From positions 192,996 through 256,995 of the forward strand of contig JBGAHI010000006.1 of the NCBI GenBank assembly GCA_044226285.1: a DNA stretch of 64,000 nucleotides, written 5' to 3'. This DNA comes from Chitinophagales bacterium. GTDB lineage: Bacteria > Bacteroidota > Bacteroidia > Chitinophagales > LD1. A model generated the notes under the pieces. It did not search any database and was not told the DNA's origin. It saw nothing but the letters and a program-made list of their open reading frames with translations. Numbering within the stretch: the stretch's first letter is position 1; the number at the start of each line of letters is the position of its first letter. This document shows, one piece after another, positions 1 through 9,970 of this stretch. The translations under genes were made by a program, and so were the position numbers.

Positions 1-338
1 CCGATGATATTCGTGAAGCTCCTGCCGTTTATTTGATTGAAAAATTCTTGGAACACGGTGCATCGGTGAGAGCATATGACCCAGAAGCCATGAAAAATGT
101 AAAAGAGATTTTTGGAGAAAAAGTGTTTTTCGCAAAAGACCAATATGAAGCACTGGAGGGTGCCGATTTCTTAACCATTGCTACGGAATGGAACGCTTTC
201 CGATCGCCTGATTTCGATAAAATTAGTTCTTCGTTGAAAACGAAGGTTATTTTTGATGGAAGAAATCTATACGACCTCAACGAAATGATGGAGTTGGGTT
301 ACTACTACTGCAGTGTTGGACGAAAATCAATCGGTTAA
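1..338 (+). CDS. ugd: UDP-glucose 6-dehydrogenase, C-terminal fragment (5' end outside window)
   Basis: Frame is open from the window edge ([29 protein letters not shown]...FDGRN), typical of the UDP-binding C-terminal domain of UDP-glucose/GDP-mannose dehydrogenases. It heads a nucleotide-sugar gene block. Confidence 0.8.
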   Translation, partial: DDIREAPAVYLIEKFLEHGASVRAYDPEAMKNVKEIFGEKVFFAKDQYEALEGADFLTIATEWNAFRSPDFDKISSSLKTKVIFDGRNLYDLNEMMELGYYYCSVGRKSIG

Positions 339-349
339 AATATTTAGTT

Positions 350-1327
350 ATGCAAAGAAAGCGCGTTTTAATTACAGGAGCAGCAGGTTTTTTAGGATCT
401 CATCTTTGTGACCGATTCATCAAAGAAGATATGCATGTGATTGCTATGGATAATCTCATTACAGGAGATTTGAAAAACATAGAACATCTCTTTAAACTCG
501 AAAATTTCGAATTTTATCATCACGATGTTTCGAAGTTTGTGCATGTACCGGGGCATTTAGATTACATCCTTCATTTTGCTTCGCCTGCTTCACCTATCGA
601 CTATCTAAAAATTCCAATACAAACCCTTAAAGTAGGATCATTAGGCACACACAATTTGTTAGGTCTCGCTAAAGCTAAAAAGGCAAGAATTATTGTTGCC
701 TCTACTTCTGAAGTGTATGGCGACCCTTCAGTCCACCCACAACCCGAAGAATATTGGGGCAATGTAAATCCGGTAGGACCACGAGGTGTTTACGATGAAG
801 CCAAGCGTTTTCAAGAAGCAATTACCATGGCCTATCATACATTTCATGGAGTTGAAACAAGAATTGTTCGAATATTCAATACTTATGGACCTCGTATGCG
901 TTTAAATGACGGTCGTGTGTTACCTGCATTTATTGGTCAAGCGCTACGCGGAGAAGACTTAACCATGTTTGGTGATGGTTCGCAAACTCGTTCGTTTTGT
1001 TACGTAGCCGATTTAGTGGAAGGTATCTATCGTTTATTAATGAGTGACTACGCACAACCCATGAACATAGGTAATCCGGATGAAATCACCATTCGTGAGT
1101 TCGGAGAAGAAATTTTAAAATTAACCGGTGCAAATCAAAAATTAATTAGTAAGCCTTTACCAACGGATGATCCAAAACAAAGACGTCCGGATATTACCAA
1201 GGCAAAATCTATTTTAGGCTGGGAACCTAAAGTTTCAAGAGCGGAAGGGTTGAAAATCACCTACGACTATTTTAAAAATTTGCCCCAGGAGGAATGGTTT
1301 AAAAGTCCAAAATTTGAACAAGCATGA
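350..1327 (+). CDS. UDP-glucuronate decarboxylase (UDP-xylose synthase), extended SDR
   Basis: GAAGFLGSH Rossmann motif, [34 protein letters not shown] catalytic region and [10 protein letters not shown], all typical of UXS-type decarboxylases. Confidence 0.85.
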   Translation: MQRKRVLITGAAGFLGSHLCDRFIKEDMHVIAMDNLITGDLKNIEHLFKLENFEFYHHDVSKFVHVPGHLDYILHFASPASPIDYLKIPIQTLKVGSLGTHNLLGLAKAKKARIIVASTSEVYGDPSVHPQPEEYWGNVNPVGPRGVYDEAKRFQEAITMAYHTFHGVETRIVRIFNTYGPRMRLNDGRVLPAFIGQALRGEDLTMFGDGSQTRSFCYVADLVEGIYRLLMSDYAQPMNIGNPDEITIREFGEEILKLTGANQKLISKPLPTDDPKQRRPDITKAKSILGWEPKVSRAEGLKITYDYFKNLPQEEWFKSPKFEQA

Positions 1328-1908
1328 GTACTGAAAAAGATTTTTTCGCACACGAATCAGCTTATATCGATGAAGGTTGCTCCATTGGAAAAGGCACTAA
1401 AATATGGCATTTCAGTCATGTGATGCCGAATTGCACCTTAGGCGAAAACTGTAATATAGGTCAAAACGTTGTGATTTCACCGAATGTAACACTCGGAAAA
1501 AATGTGAAAGTTCAAAATAACGTGTCTATTTACACTGGTGTTTTCTGCGAAGACGATGTTTTTTTGGGTCCTTCCATGGTGTTCACCAATGTGATTAACC
1601 CAAGAAGCGCTGTGAACAGAAAAAGTGAGTATGCGAAAACGACAGTAAAAAAAGGAGCTTCAATTGGCGCCAATGCTACAATTGTATGTGGAAATGATAT
1701 TGGCGAATTTGCTTTTATTGGTGCCGGAGCTGTTGTTACAAAAGATGTTCCCGCCTATGCCCTATTAGTTGGAAACCCCGCCCGCCAAACCGGATGGATG
1801 AGTGAATACGGTCACAAATTAAAATTCGATAATCAAGGTATAGCCACTTGTCCTGAAAGCAATCAGCAATATAGATTAGAGAATAACAAGGTTTCAAAAA
1901 TCAGTTAA
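1324..1908 (+). CDS. Left-handed beta-helix (hexapeptide) N-acetyltransferase, WbpD/WlbB-like
   Basis: Hexapeptide repeats throughout ([59 protein letters not shown]). ATGA overlap with the upstream gene. Confidence 0.7.
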   Translation: MSTEKDFFAHESAYIDEGCSIGKGTKIWHFSHVMPNCTLGENCNIGQNVVISPNVTLGKNVKVQNNVSIYTGVFCEDDVFLGPSMVFTNVINPRSAVNRKSEYAKTTVKKGASIGANATIVCGNDIGEFAFIGAGAVVTKDVPAYALLVGNPARQTGWMSEYGHKLKFDNQGIATCPESNQQYRLENNKVSKIS

Positions 1909-1910
1909 AC

Positions 1911-3200
1911 ATGGTAGAGCAATTACTAAACAAAGAGAAAAAATTAGCCGTTATCGGTTTGGGTTATGTAGGTTTACCAATTGCCTTAGAATTTGCAAAG
2001 AAAGTAAAGGTAATCGGATTCGATATCAACGAAAAACGCGTAGAGATGATGCGTAATGGCATCGATCCGAGTAACGAATTAGAGAAAGAAGCTTTTGACG
2101 GTTGCGATATATTCTTCACTCATAAATTAGAAGAACTTAAGGAAGCCAATTTTTTTATTGTTGCTGTGCCTACGCCTGTTGATTCTCACAACGTTCCGGA
2201 TTTGAAGCCTGTACAATCGGCATCAAAAACCATCGGACAAGTATTGAAAAAAGGCGATTATGTGGTGTATGAATCTACAGTTTATCCGGGTTGTACAGAA
2301 GAAGACTGTTTGCCAATTTTGGAAGAGCTATCGGGGTTAAAAATGGGAGTAGATTTCAAATTGGGTTATTCTCCAGAGCGTATTAATCCTGGCGATAAAG
2401 AACATACGATTACCAAAATCTTGAAAGTTGTTTCTGGATGTGATGCAGAATCTTTGGATGTGATTGCCAGAACCTACGAAATTATTGTAACGGCCGGAAC
2501 CCACCGGGCAAGTTGTATCAAAGTAGCTGAAGCCGCTAAAATCATTGAAAATACACAACGTGATGTGAATATCGCGTTGATGAACGAGTTAAGTTGTATC
2601 TTCGATAAAATGGGCATCAATACATATGAAGTGTTAGAAGCTGCTGGAACAAAATGGAACTTCTTGAAATTCTTCCCTGGTTTAGTAGGCGGACACTGTA
2701 TTGGTGTTGACCCATACTATTTGACTTATAAAGCCAATCAATTGGGATTCAAGCCGGAGATGATTTTGGCAGGAAGAAAGATTAACGATTCTATGGGAGC
2801 TATTATTTCTAAGAAATTAGTACAGCAACTCATCAAGCAAGATAAACAAGTGGCACACACCAGAGTTTTAGTTATGGGAGCCACGTTCAAAGAAAACGTA
2901 ACAGATATCAGAAATTCAAAAGTGGTAGACGTTATCAAAGAATTGCAAACCTATTCAGTGAATGTTGAAGTGTTTGATCCGAATGCCGATAACGAAGAAT
3001 TCGTTCACGAATATGGGGTTTCATTAACCAAAGAAGTAGGTAAAGAGTATGATGCGGTAATAGTTGCCGTAAATCACGATCAATTCGCTACGTATGATGA
3101 AGCATTCTTTAGATCGATTTTGAGAACAGACGGCATCATTGTAGATGTTAAAGGAGATTTGAGAAGAAAAATTGGAAATTTAAATTATTGGTCGTTGTAA
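1911..3200 (+). CDS. Nucleotide-sugar 6-dehydrogenase (UDP-GlcNAc/ManNAc dehydrogenase, WbpO/TviB/Cap5O-like)
   Basis: N-terminal VIGLGYVGLPIALEF NAD fold, catalytic GGHCIGVDPYY, and a 429-aa length typical of the family. Confidence 0.8.
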   Translation: MVEQLLNKEKKLAVIGLGYVGLPIALEFAKKVKVIGFDINEKRVEMMRNGIDPSNELEKEAFDGCDIFFTHKLEELKEANFFIVAVPTPVDSHNVPDLKPVQSASKTIGQVLKKGDYVVYESTVYPGCTEEDCLPILEELSGLKMGVDFKLGYSPERINPGDKEHTITKILKVVSGCDAESLDVIARTYEIIVTAGTHRASCIKVAEAAKIIENTQRDVNIALMNELSCIFDKMGINTYEVLEAAGTKWNFLKFFPGLVGGHCIGVDPYYLTYKANQLGFKPEMILAGRKINDSMGAIISKKLVQQLIKQDKQVAHTRVLVMGATFKENVTDIRNSKVVDVIKELQTYSVNVEVFDPNADNEEFVHEYGVSLTKEVGKEYDAVIVAVNHDQFATYDEAFFRSILRTDGIIVDVKGDLRRKIGNLNYWSL

Positions 3201-3202
3201 TT

Positions 3203-4273
3203 ATGGAATTTACTAAAAAAATCCTCATTACCGGAGGTGCCGGTTTTATTGGGTCTCACGTAGTTAGACTATTTGTTACTAAATACCCAAACTATCATAT
3301 TTTCAATTTGGATAAGTTAACCTATGCCGGGAACTTAGAAAACTTGAGCGATATCGATCAATCGCCTAATTATGCTTTCGTTAAAGGGGATATTGCCGAT
3401 GCTGCTTTTGTTAATGAATTATTTTTTACCCATCAATTTGATGGTGTTATCCACTTAGCAGCAGAAAGCCATGTAGATCGCTCGATTAGCAATCCTATGG
3501 AGTTTGTGATTACTAACGTAATTGGCACTGTTAACTTATTAAATGCCGCTAGAACCCTTTGGGGATGCAACAAAGACAATAAAGTAGAAGGTAAACGCTT
3601 TTATCACGTTTCTACTGATGAAGTATATGGCGCTTTGGGCGAAGAAGGCATGTTCACCGAAACAACGGCATATGATCCACACAGTCCGTATTCTGCATCA
3701 AAAGCCAGTTCCGATCACTTTGTAAGAGCATACCACGATACGTACAATTTACCTGCAGTAATTTCTAACTGTTCAAACAACTATGGTCCGAATCATTTCC
3801 CTGAAAAATTGATTCCGCTTTGTATTAATAACATCAAAAACAATAAACCACTTCCAATCTACGGAAAAGGTGAAAACGTTCGCGATTGGTTATATGTAGT
3901 GGATCATGCACGGGCAATTGATGTTATTTATCATCAGGCAAACGATGGTTCGACCTATAATATTGGAGGACATAACGAATGGACGAACATTGATGTTATT
4001 CGCTTGTTATGTAAAATCATGGATAAAAAACTCGGTAGAGCTGAAGGAACAAACGAACAACTTATCACATTTGTAAAGGATCGTGCCGGTCACGATTTGC
4101 GTTATGCTATAGATTCTACCAAATTACAAAACGACCTTGGTTGGAAACCATCTCTTCAATTCGAAGAAGGTTTAGAAAAAACCGTAGATTGGTATCTTGC
4201 AAATACCAATTGGCTTGATAATGTAACTAGCGGCAATTATCAGCATTATTACGAACAACAATATAATCGATAA
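3203..4273 (+). CDS. rfbB: dTDP-glucose 4,6-dehydratase
   Basis: ILITGGAGFIGSH, HLAAESHVDRS, STDEVYG and YSASKASSDH motifs. The ATG at 3203 is preferred over the TTG at 3188, which overlaps the upstream stop. Confidence 0.9.
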   Translation: MEFTKKILITGGAGFIGSHVVRLFVTKYPNYHIFNLDKLTYAGNLENLSDIDQSPNYAFVKGDIADAAFVNELFFTHQFDGVIHLAAESHVDRSISNPMEFVITNVIGTVNLLNAARTLWGCNKDNKVEGKRFYHVSTDEVYGALGEEGMFTETTAYDPHSPYSASKASSDHFVRAYHDTYNLPAVISNCSNNYGPNHFPEKLIPLCINNIKNNKPLPIYGKGENVRDWLYVVDHARAIDVIYHQANDGSTYNIGGHNEWTNIDVIRLLCKIMDKKLGRAEGTNEQLITFVKDRAGHDLRYAIDSTKLQNDLGWKPSLQFEEGLEKTVDWYLANTNWLDNVTSGNYQHYYEQQYNR

Positions 4274-4274
4274 G

Positions 4275-5267
4275 ATGTACGAAAACAGTTATCACAATAT
4301 CGATATTTCGAAATCATCTTTCCTAGTTACAGGCGGTTCAGGTTTTATTGGTTCTAATATTGTAGAGTATCTTTTGAAATACAATGCAGGGAAGGTTAGA
4401 GTGTTAGATAATTATGCAACCAGTTCGAAATTGAATATTGAACCTTACCTATCTCTTCCAAATTTCGAAGTTATAGAAGGAAGTATAACTGATTTAGAAA
4501 CCTGTAGAAAGGCTTGTGAAGGAATTGATTACGTCTCGCACCAAGCGGCATTGGGTTCTGTTCCTAGATCATTAAAAGAACCCTTTCGAACAAACGAAAT
4601 CAATGTTGGCGGTTTTGTAAATATGCTCACATCAGCTAAAGATGCAGGCGTAAAGCAATTTGTATATGCATCTTCGTCATCGGTTTATGGTGACGAGCAA
4701 TCGCTTCCAAAAGTAGAAGCCAAGATTGGGAATCAATTGTCTCCCTATGCGGTTTCAAAATATGCAAATGAGTTGTATGCGGCAGTTTTTGCTAAGTCTT
4801 ACAATATGAACATTATAGGGCTGCGTTATTTCAATATTTTTGGCCCACGCCAAGATCCTGCCGGCATGTATGCCGCTGTAATTCCCATTTTCGTTGATAA
4901 AATCATGAAACGCGAGCCTGTTTATATTGATGGTGATGGCGAACAAACACGTGATTTTACATTTGTGGAAAATGCTGTACAAGCCAATGTTCGAGCAATG
5001 CTTACGCAAAACGAGAAAGCAAAAGGACAAATATTTAATATCGCTTGTGGAAGTAATTTTTCAGTAAACTTCTTGTACGATGCCATTGCAGCATATTTAA
5101 AAAGCGATCATAAAAGCATTCATCGTGATGCAAGAGCAGGAGATATTAGAAATTCCCTGGCAGACATTTCAAAAGCAATTGAACTTATAGGATACGACCC
5201 TAAATTTGACTTCAAAAAAGGACTCGATATTACTGTTCAATATTTCGTAGAGAAGTACAATAAATAA
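4275..5267 (+). CDS. NAD-dependent sugar epimerase (WbpP/TviC-like UDP-GlcNAc(A) 4-epimerase family)
   Basis: VTGGSGFIGSN, SSSSVYGD and YAVSKYANE (YxxxK) motifs. Paired with a WbpO/TviB-like dehydrogenase two genes upstream. Confidence 0.75.
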   Translation: MYENSYHNIDISKSSFLVTGGSGFIGSNIVEYLLKYNAGKVRVLDNYATSSKLNIEPYLSLPNFEVIEGSITDLETCRKACEGIDYVSHQAALGSVPRSLKEPFRTNEINVGGFVNMLTSAKDAGVKQFVYASSSSVYGDEQSLPKVEAKIGNQLSPYAVSKYANELYAAVFAKSYNMNIIGLRYFNIFGPRQDPAGMYAAVIPIFVDKIMKREPVYIDGDGEQTRDFTFVENAVQANVRAMLTQNEKAKGQIFNIACGSNFSVNFLYDAIAAYLKSDHKSIHRDARAGDIRNSLADISKAIELIGYDPKFDFKKGLDITVQYFVEKYNK

Positions 5268-5269
5268 TC

Positions 5270-6019
5270 ATGTCTTTATTTTCAAAACTTTTGGGAAGTA
5301 AAACCAATGAATCTTCTGTAAAGGATTTTTCGTGGTTGAAAACTGACATGCACTCCCACCTAATTCCCGGTATTGACGATGGCGTAAAAACTCTTGAAGA
5401 ATCCATTGCTATTATAGAACAACTTGCTGCATTGGGGTATAAGAAAATCATTACTTCGCCTCATGTAATGTTGGATGGCTATGTGAATACACCAGAAATA
5501 ATACTTAAAGGACGAGATGATATTCGCAATGAACTATCCAAAAGAAACATAGATATAGCATTCGATGCTACTGCCGAATATTATTTAGATGAAGGAATCT
5601 TTCAAAAAATCAAAAACAAGGAGTTAATTACATTTGGAGATAAACATGTATTGGTCGAGCTTTCGTATTACACTAAGCCTATGAATATGACCAAGCTTTT
5701 CTTTGAATTGCGAAGTGCAGGTTACAAAGTAATTTTGGCCCATCCAGAGCGTTATCCTTTTTTCTATCAATCCTCTTTAGAAGACTATAAAGAATTACGC
5801 GATTCTGGGATTTTGTTTCAAGTTAATCTAGGTTCACTTATTGGTTTGTATGGGAAAAATGCACAATCATATGCCGAAAAATTGATTGATAACAACATGA
5901 TAGAATTTGCCGGTACAGATATCCATAATATGCGTCATACCGAAATTATTAAATCGGTATTCCAATCTCCTTATATGGACAAATTGGTACAAAGCAATCT
6001 TCAAAACAAGAGCATCTAA
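5270..6019 (+). CDS. Capsular polysaccharide tyrosine-protein phosphatase, PHP family (CpsB/YwqE-like)
   Basis: DMHSHLIPGIDDG metal-binding N-terminus, AHPERY and GTDIHN motifs, about 250 aa. Confidence 0.8.
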   Translation: MSLFSKLLGSKTNESSVKDFSWLKTDMHSHLIPGIDDGVKTLEESIAIIEQLAALGYKKIITSPHVMLDGYVNTPEIILKGRDDIRNELSKRNIDIAFDATAEYYLDEGIFQKIKNKELITFGDKHVLVELSYYTKPMNMTKLFFELRSAGYKVILAHPERYPFFYQSSLEDYKELRDSGILFQVNLGSLIGLYGKNAQSYAEKLIDNNMIEFAGTDIHNMRHTEIIKSVFQSPYMDKLVQSNLQNKSI

Positions 6020-6079
6020 GTAGATTATTTCATATTTACCAAAACAAACGGTAAATTGGTCTTAACCTAAAAACCGAAT

Positions 6080-7336
6080 ATGAATATTTATGCATTTATC
6101 ACACCTATGGTGTTGTTGCTCCTTTTCCTTGAAATAGGATACTCTGTATATAAACAAAATGGGATTTATAGTTTTCAAGATACGATCACTAACCTTGGAA
6201 CAGGCATTGGCAATCAATGTGTAAATCTAGGAGTAGCCTTTTTTGTCTTCAAATTTTACGGGTTTATCTATCAATACATTCCTTGGAAAGTTCCCAATAC
6301 TTGGTATTTTCTTTTGCTGTTATTGGTTATCCAAGACTTTGTGTTCTATTGGTTTCACAGAACAGGGCACACCTTGCACATCTTCTGGGCCGCACATATG
6401 CCACACCATAGCAGTGAGGAACTGAATCTTTCGGTTGGATTACGAGCAAGTTTCACCCAGCGTATCTTTCAGTTTCTATTTTTTGATTGGGTTTTGGTAG
6501 TGTTTGGCTTTTCACCGGAGATGATTTACAGCATGGCTGCTATTCATTTATTCATAGCTTATTGGCATCATACACAGCTTATCAATAAACTGGGTTGGAT
6601 AGAAAAAATATTTGTAACGCCATCTCATCATCGTGTACATCATGGTGTAAATCCGGAATATATCGACAAAAATTTTTCCGAGTTTTTGATTATCTGGGAT
6701 AGAATTTTTGGCACTTTCGCTAAAGAAGAAAAACCGGTGTGCTATGGTCTCACCCACCCTCCTCGAACTTGGGATCCATTTTACATCAACATCCAATACT
6801 GGAAACAGTTAATCGATGATGCTATTGCGGCTCCTTATTTCGTTGATAAACTAAAGATTTGGTTTATGCCACTCACTTGGCGGCCGAGGGGTTTAGAACA
6901 AACCGACTTAACGCAACGAATCGGATATGATTTAGAGGAACAAACAAAATGGACAAGCAAACAATTCGCCTTCAGTAAACCCTACTTAATTTTCCAGTTA
7001 CTGCTTGGTTTAGTATTTATGTATTTTACCATCAATCAGCAAAATGCCCTTTCTGTATTTGATCGTATTATATTTTCGGCAGAAATAATGTTGATGATAT
7101 ACAGTTGGTATGGTGTATTAGAAGCCAAACCTTGGGCAATTTTCACAGAGATAGGACGATTATTGTTGATGGGAGCAACATTTGTAATAGTATTGTATCA
7201 ACACGATTTAATCACACTTATTGGTTGGGTAAGCATTCTCACGCTGCTTCTAGTTGGAGCTTCACTACTCTATATTTCCTTTTTCTTCAGATATGGAAAA
7301 ACAGAAGGTGAGGCATTTCCATTAGTGAATGCCTAA
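6080..7336 (+). CDS. Fatty acid hydroxylase/sterol desaturase superfamily membrane protein, AGMO(TMEM195)-like histidine motifs, extra C-terminal TM region
   Basis: HRTGHTLHIFWAAHMPHHSSEELNLSVGLR, WHHTQ and HHRVHH histidine boxes, with multiple TM helices on both sides. Confidence 0.7.
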   Translation: MNIYAFITPMVLLLLFLEIGYSVYKQNGIYSFQDTITNLGTGIGNQCVNLGVAFFVFKFYGFIYQYIPWKVPNTWYFLLLLLVIQDFVFYWFHRTGHTLHIFWAAHMPHHSSEELNLSVGLRASFTQRIFQFLFFDWVLVVFGFSPEMIYSMAAIHLFIAYWHHTQLINKLGWIEKIFVTPSHHRVHHGVNPEYIDKNFSEFLIIWDRIFGTFAKEEKPVCYGLTHPPRTWDPFYINIQYWKQLIDDAIAAPYFVDKLKIWFMPLTWRPRGLEQTDLTQRIGYDLEEQTKWTSKQFAFSKPYLIFQLLLGLVFMYFTINQQNALSVFDRIIFSAEIMLMIYSWYGVLEAKPWAIFTEIGRLLLMGATFVIVLYQHDLITLIGWVSILTLLLVGASLLYISFFFRYGKTEGEAFPLVNA

Positions 7337-7345
7337 TAACAACTT

Positions 7346-8389
7346 CTATAAATCGAGATATTCTGCGTCTTGTCCAACTGGATAACGCATCAAATACGTT
7401 ATCGCTTTCTCCATTTTCAACCCTTCGAAGAACACAGAGTACAACACTTGAAGCAGTGGAGCATTTGCCCCAATGTGATCAACAATGAGTTTACAAATCT
7501 TAAGTGTACGAACCCCTTCAGCGACTTCACTCATGGAGGCTAAGACTTCTTCCAAAGTCTCCCCTTTTGCAATTCTATAACCTACCGTGTAGTTTCTCGA
7601 TTTAGGAGAAGCACAAGTAGCAATTAAATCGCCAATACCGGCAATACCTAAAAAGGCGCGCTTATCTGCTCCTAATGCCTTACCAATGCGTATCATCTCT
7701 CCCATTCCTCGGGTGATTAATAATGCTCTAGTATTCTCGCCATAACCAACACCCGATAATGCCCCTGAAGCCAAAGCAATATAATTCTTCAATACACCGG
7801 CTAATTCAATACCCAATAAATCTTTGTTGCCAAACACTTGAAATCTATCGCTTTGCAACACCGATTTGCCCTCGCGAATTACCTCGTCAAATCTACTGGC
7901 AATAACAGTTCCTGCCGGTTGATGCTCGGCTAATTCTGCAGCTAAATTCGGACCGGCAATACAACCAATACGCACAATAGCCGTTTCTTGTTGAATAATC
8001 TCCGACATGGTTTTGATGTTCTTCAAATTCACATCTTTTGCATCAATGGTATCGATATCAAACTCGCAGTGTAAGCCTTTAGTAGCGTGAATCATCAAAT
8101 GATCGGGACGTAAATAAGGAGATAAATCAATAATCATTTGCTTAAACGAAGCCGAAGGCACTACCGGAAACAGCATACACGATTTTTCGGCCATTTCTTC
8201 AAACGAATCGGTTACCGTAATGTTGGGATGCATCACATGATTGCGATTTACACCATCTCGGGCCATACGTTCACGAACTTCAGGGTTTCGTTCATACAAA
8301 TACACCTTAGTGTTTTCAGCTAAAAGATTCGATACCGCTGTACCGAAGCTTCCGGCACCAATCACGCCTACAATTTTTTCTTTGCTCAT
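7346..8389 (-). CDS. gpsA: NAD(P)H-dependent glycerol-3-phosphate dehydrogenase
   Basis: VIGAGSFGTA dinucleotide fold near the N-terminus and GxGDLxxTC (GIGDLIATCASPKSRNY) motif. The ATG at 8389 is preferred; the ORF extends to 8407. Confidence 0.9.
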   Translation of the reverse strand: MSKEKIVGVIGAGSFGTAVSNLLAENTKVYLYERNPEVRERMARDGVNRNHVMHPNITVTDSFEEMAEKSCMLFPVVPSASFKQMIIDLSPYLRPDHLMIHATKGLHCEFDIDTIDAKDVNLKNIKTMSEIIQQETAIVRIGCIAGPNLAAELAEHQPAGTVIASRFDEVIREGKSVLQSDRFQVFGNKDLLGIELAGVLKNYIALASGALSGVGYGENTRALLITRGMGEMIRIGKALGADKRAFLGIAGIGDLIATCASPKSRNYTVGYRIAKGETLEEVLASMSEVAEGVRTLKICKLIVDHIGANAPLLQVLYSVFFEGLKMEKAITYLMRYPVGQDAEYLDL

Positions 8390-8431
8390 GTTTTGGTATT
8401 TGGTCAAATAACCTCAAAAAGGTTATCAATA

Positions 8432-9688
8432 TTAGGTCTTCTGTTTTTTCTTTTTTGCAGCCGGAAACAACACATTATTCAAAATCAAACGATATCCCGG
8501 TGAATTCGGATGCAAATTCAAATCGGTTTTAGGGTCGCCTACTAAGTGCTGATAATCTTCGGGATCGTGTCCACCGTAAAACGTCCACATCCCTTTTCCA
8601 AATTCGCCATGTACATACCGCGCTTCATTAGCGGATTTATTTTGCCCCATAATCAACACACTTTTCTTAATGAAATTCTTGTTGAAAGCGGTTGTTTGTC
8701 CCATAAAGCCTTTAACCACTTTAGTGTGACATTGCGTTAACATGGCCGGAATTTGATCCCATTTGGCCGAGAAATCAAACAAATTGAAGTAATCTAAATC
8801 TTTCTGCACTTGTCGTCCAACATTCGCATCAATGTCGGAATATTCGTACTCCATAGGGTTAGTATGCAAATGATAGTTTTCAAAGGCAAACCCCTTCGAA
8901 AAATCCAATTCCTTTTGCGCATTTGGTGATTGCCCATCGTGGTCGTACATAACATCGCAAATGTCTGTTCCTTCGGCATCTAATGCAATGTCGTACGAAT
9001 CGGTTGCACTGCACATGGCAAACATAAAACCTCCACCACCAACAAAATCCTTGATTTTCTTGCACACCGCTAATTTCAACTTCGACACTTTATCGAAACC
9101 TCTGCGTTTGGCGATTTCTTCCAATTCAGCAACCTGCCCTTTGTACCATTGTGCTTGTGAATAGGAAGCGTAAAACTTACCATATTGTCCTGTAAAATCT
9201 TCGTGATGCAAATGCAACCAATCGTATTGCGCCAGTTTTTCATCGAGCACTTCATCGTCATAGATCACATCGTACGGGATTTCTGCATAACTCAATACCA
9301 TGGTAACGGCATCGTCCCATGGTTGTAAAGCTTTTGGGGAATACACCGCCATACGCGGTGCTTTTTCCAATTTCACCAATTCCATGTTTACTTCCGGATT
9401 GGCAATTTCATTCAGAATTCCGGTGTATTGGCCATCGGCAATGACTTCATAGGAAATGCCCCGTATACCACATTCACTTTCAAAATTGCGATCGTACTTC
9501 ACAGCAAAACTTCCTCCACGATAGTTCAACAACCAATCGACTTCCTGATTATAAGTCTTTAATAACCAATAAGCTATCCCATACGCCTTTAAATGGTTTT
9601 TCTGCGCTTCATCCATTGGAATCAACAAATAGGAAGCCCGCGAAAGCATCGGAAAAAGAAAGAAAACAAGAATGACTATTCGTTTCAT
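8432..9688 (-). CDS. Conserved secreted protein of unknown function (possible class I glutamine-amidotransferase-like fold)
   Basis: Long ORF with signal peptide MKRIVILVFFLFPMLSRA (ATG 9688). It has a nucleophile-elbow-like GGGGFMFAMCSATDS and a lysine-rich C-terminus. I recognise no confident family. Confidence 0.55.
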   Translation of the reverse strand: MKRIVILVFFLFPMLSRASYLLIPMDEAQKNHLKAYGIAYWLLKTYNQEVDWLLNYRGGSFAVKYDRNFESECGIRGISYEVIADGQYTGILNEIANPEVNMELVKLEKAPRMAVYSPKALQPWDDAVTMVLSYAEIPYDVIYDDEVLDEKLAQYDWLHLHHEDFTGQYGKFYASYSQAQWYKGQVAELEEIAKRRGFDKVSKLKLAVCKKIKDFVGGGGFMFAMCSATDSYDIALDAEGTDICDVMYDHDGQSPNAQKELDFSKGFAFENYHLHTNPMEYEYSDIDANVGRQVQKDLDYFNLFDFSAKWDQIPAMLTQCHTKVVKGFMGQTTAFNKNFIKKSVLIMGQNKSANEARYVHGEFGKGMWTFYGGHDPEDYQHLVGDPKTDLNLHPNSPGYRLILNNVLFPAAKKKKQKT

Positions 9689-9762
9689 GGGTTGCGGTGA
9701 CTGTTTTATTGTCATCACCAAAATAGCTTTTTTGAAAAAAGAGAACTAGCCTTTAGCGATAA

Positions 9763-9969
9763 TTAACGAGCAACAACCTTATGCGCTCCATCGCAAAACG
9801 GCATGTTTTTGCTTAAGCCACACCGACAAACTGAAAGTCGTTCGCGCTTTTCCAACTCTTTCCCTTCTTCATCAATAATGGTAAAGTTTCCAGTAATCAC
9901 CACAGGGCCATTAGGTCGAATCGTCACCACATTCGGCACCTCCTCTCCTTCTTTATTCAACAGTTCCAT
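9763..9969 (-). CDS. CDGSH iron-sulfur domain protein
   Basis: CRCGLSKNMPFCDGAH matches the CDGSH 2Fe-2S signature C-x-C-x2-S-x3-P-x-C-D-G-x-H. Confidence 0.8.
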   Translation of the reverse strand: MELLNKEGEEVPNVVTIRPNGPVVITGNFTIIDEEGKELEKRERLSVCRCGLSKNMPFCDGAHKVVAR

Positions 9970-9970
9970 A

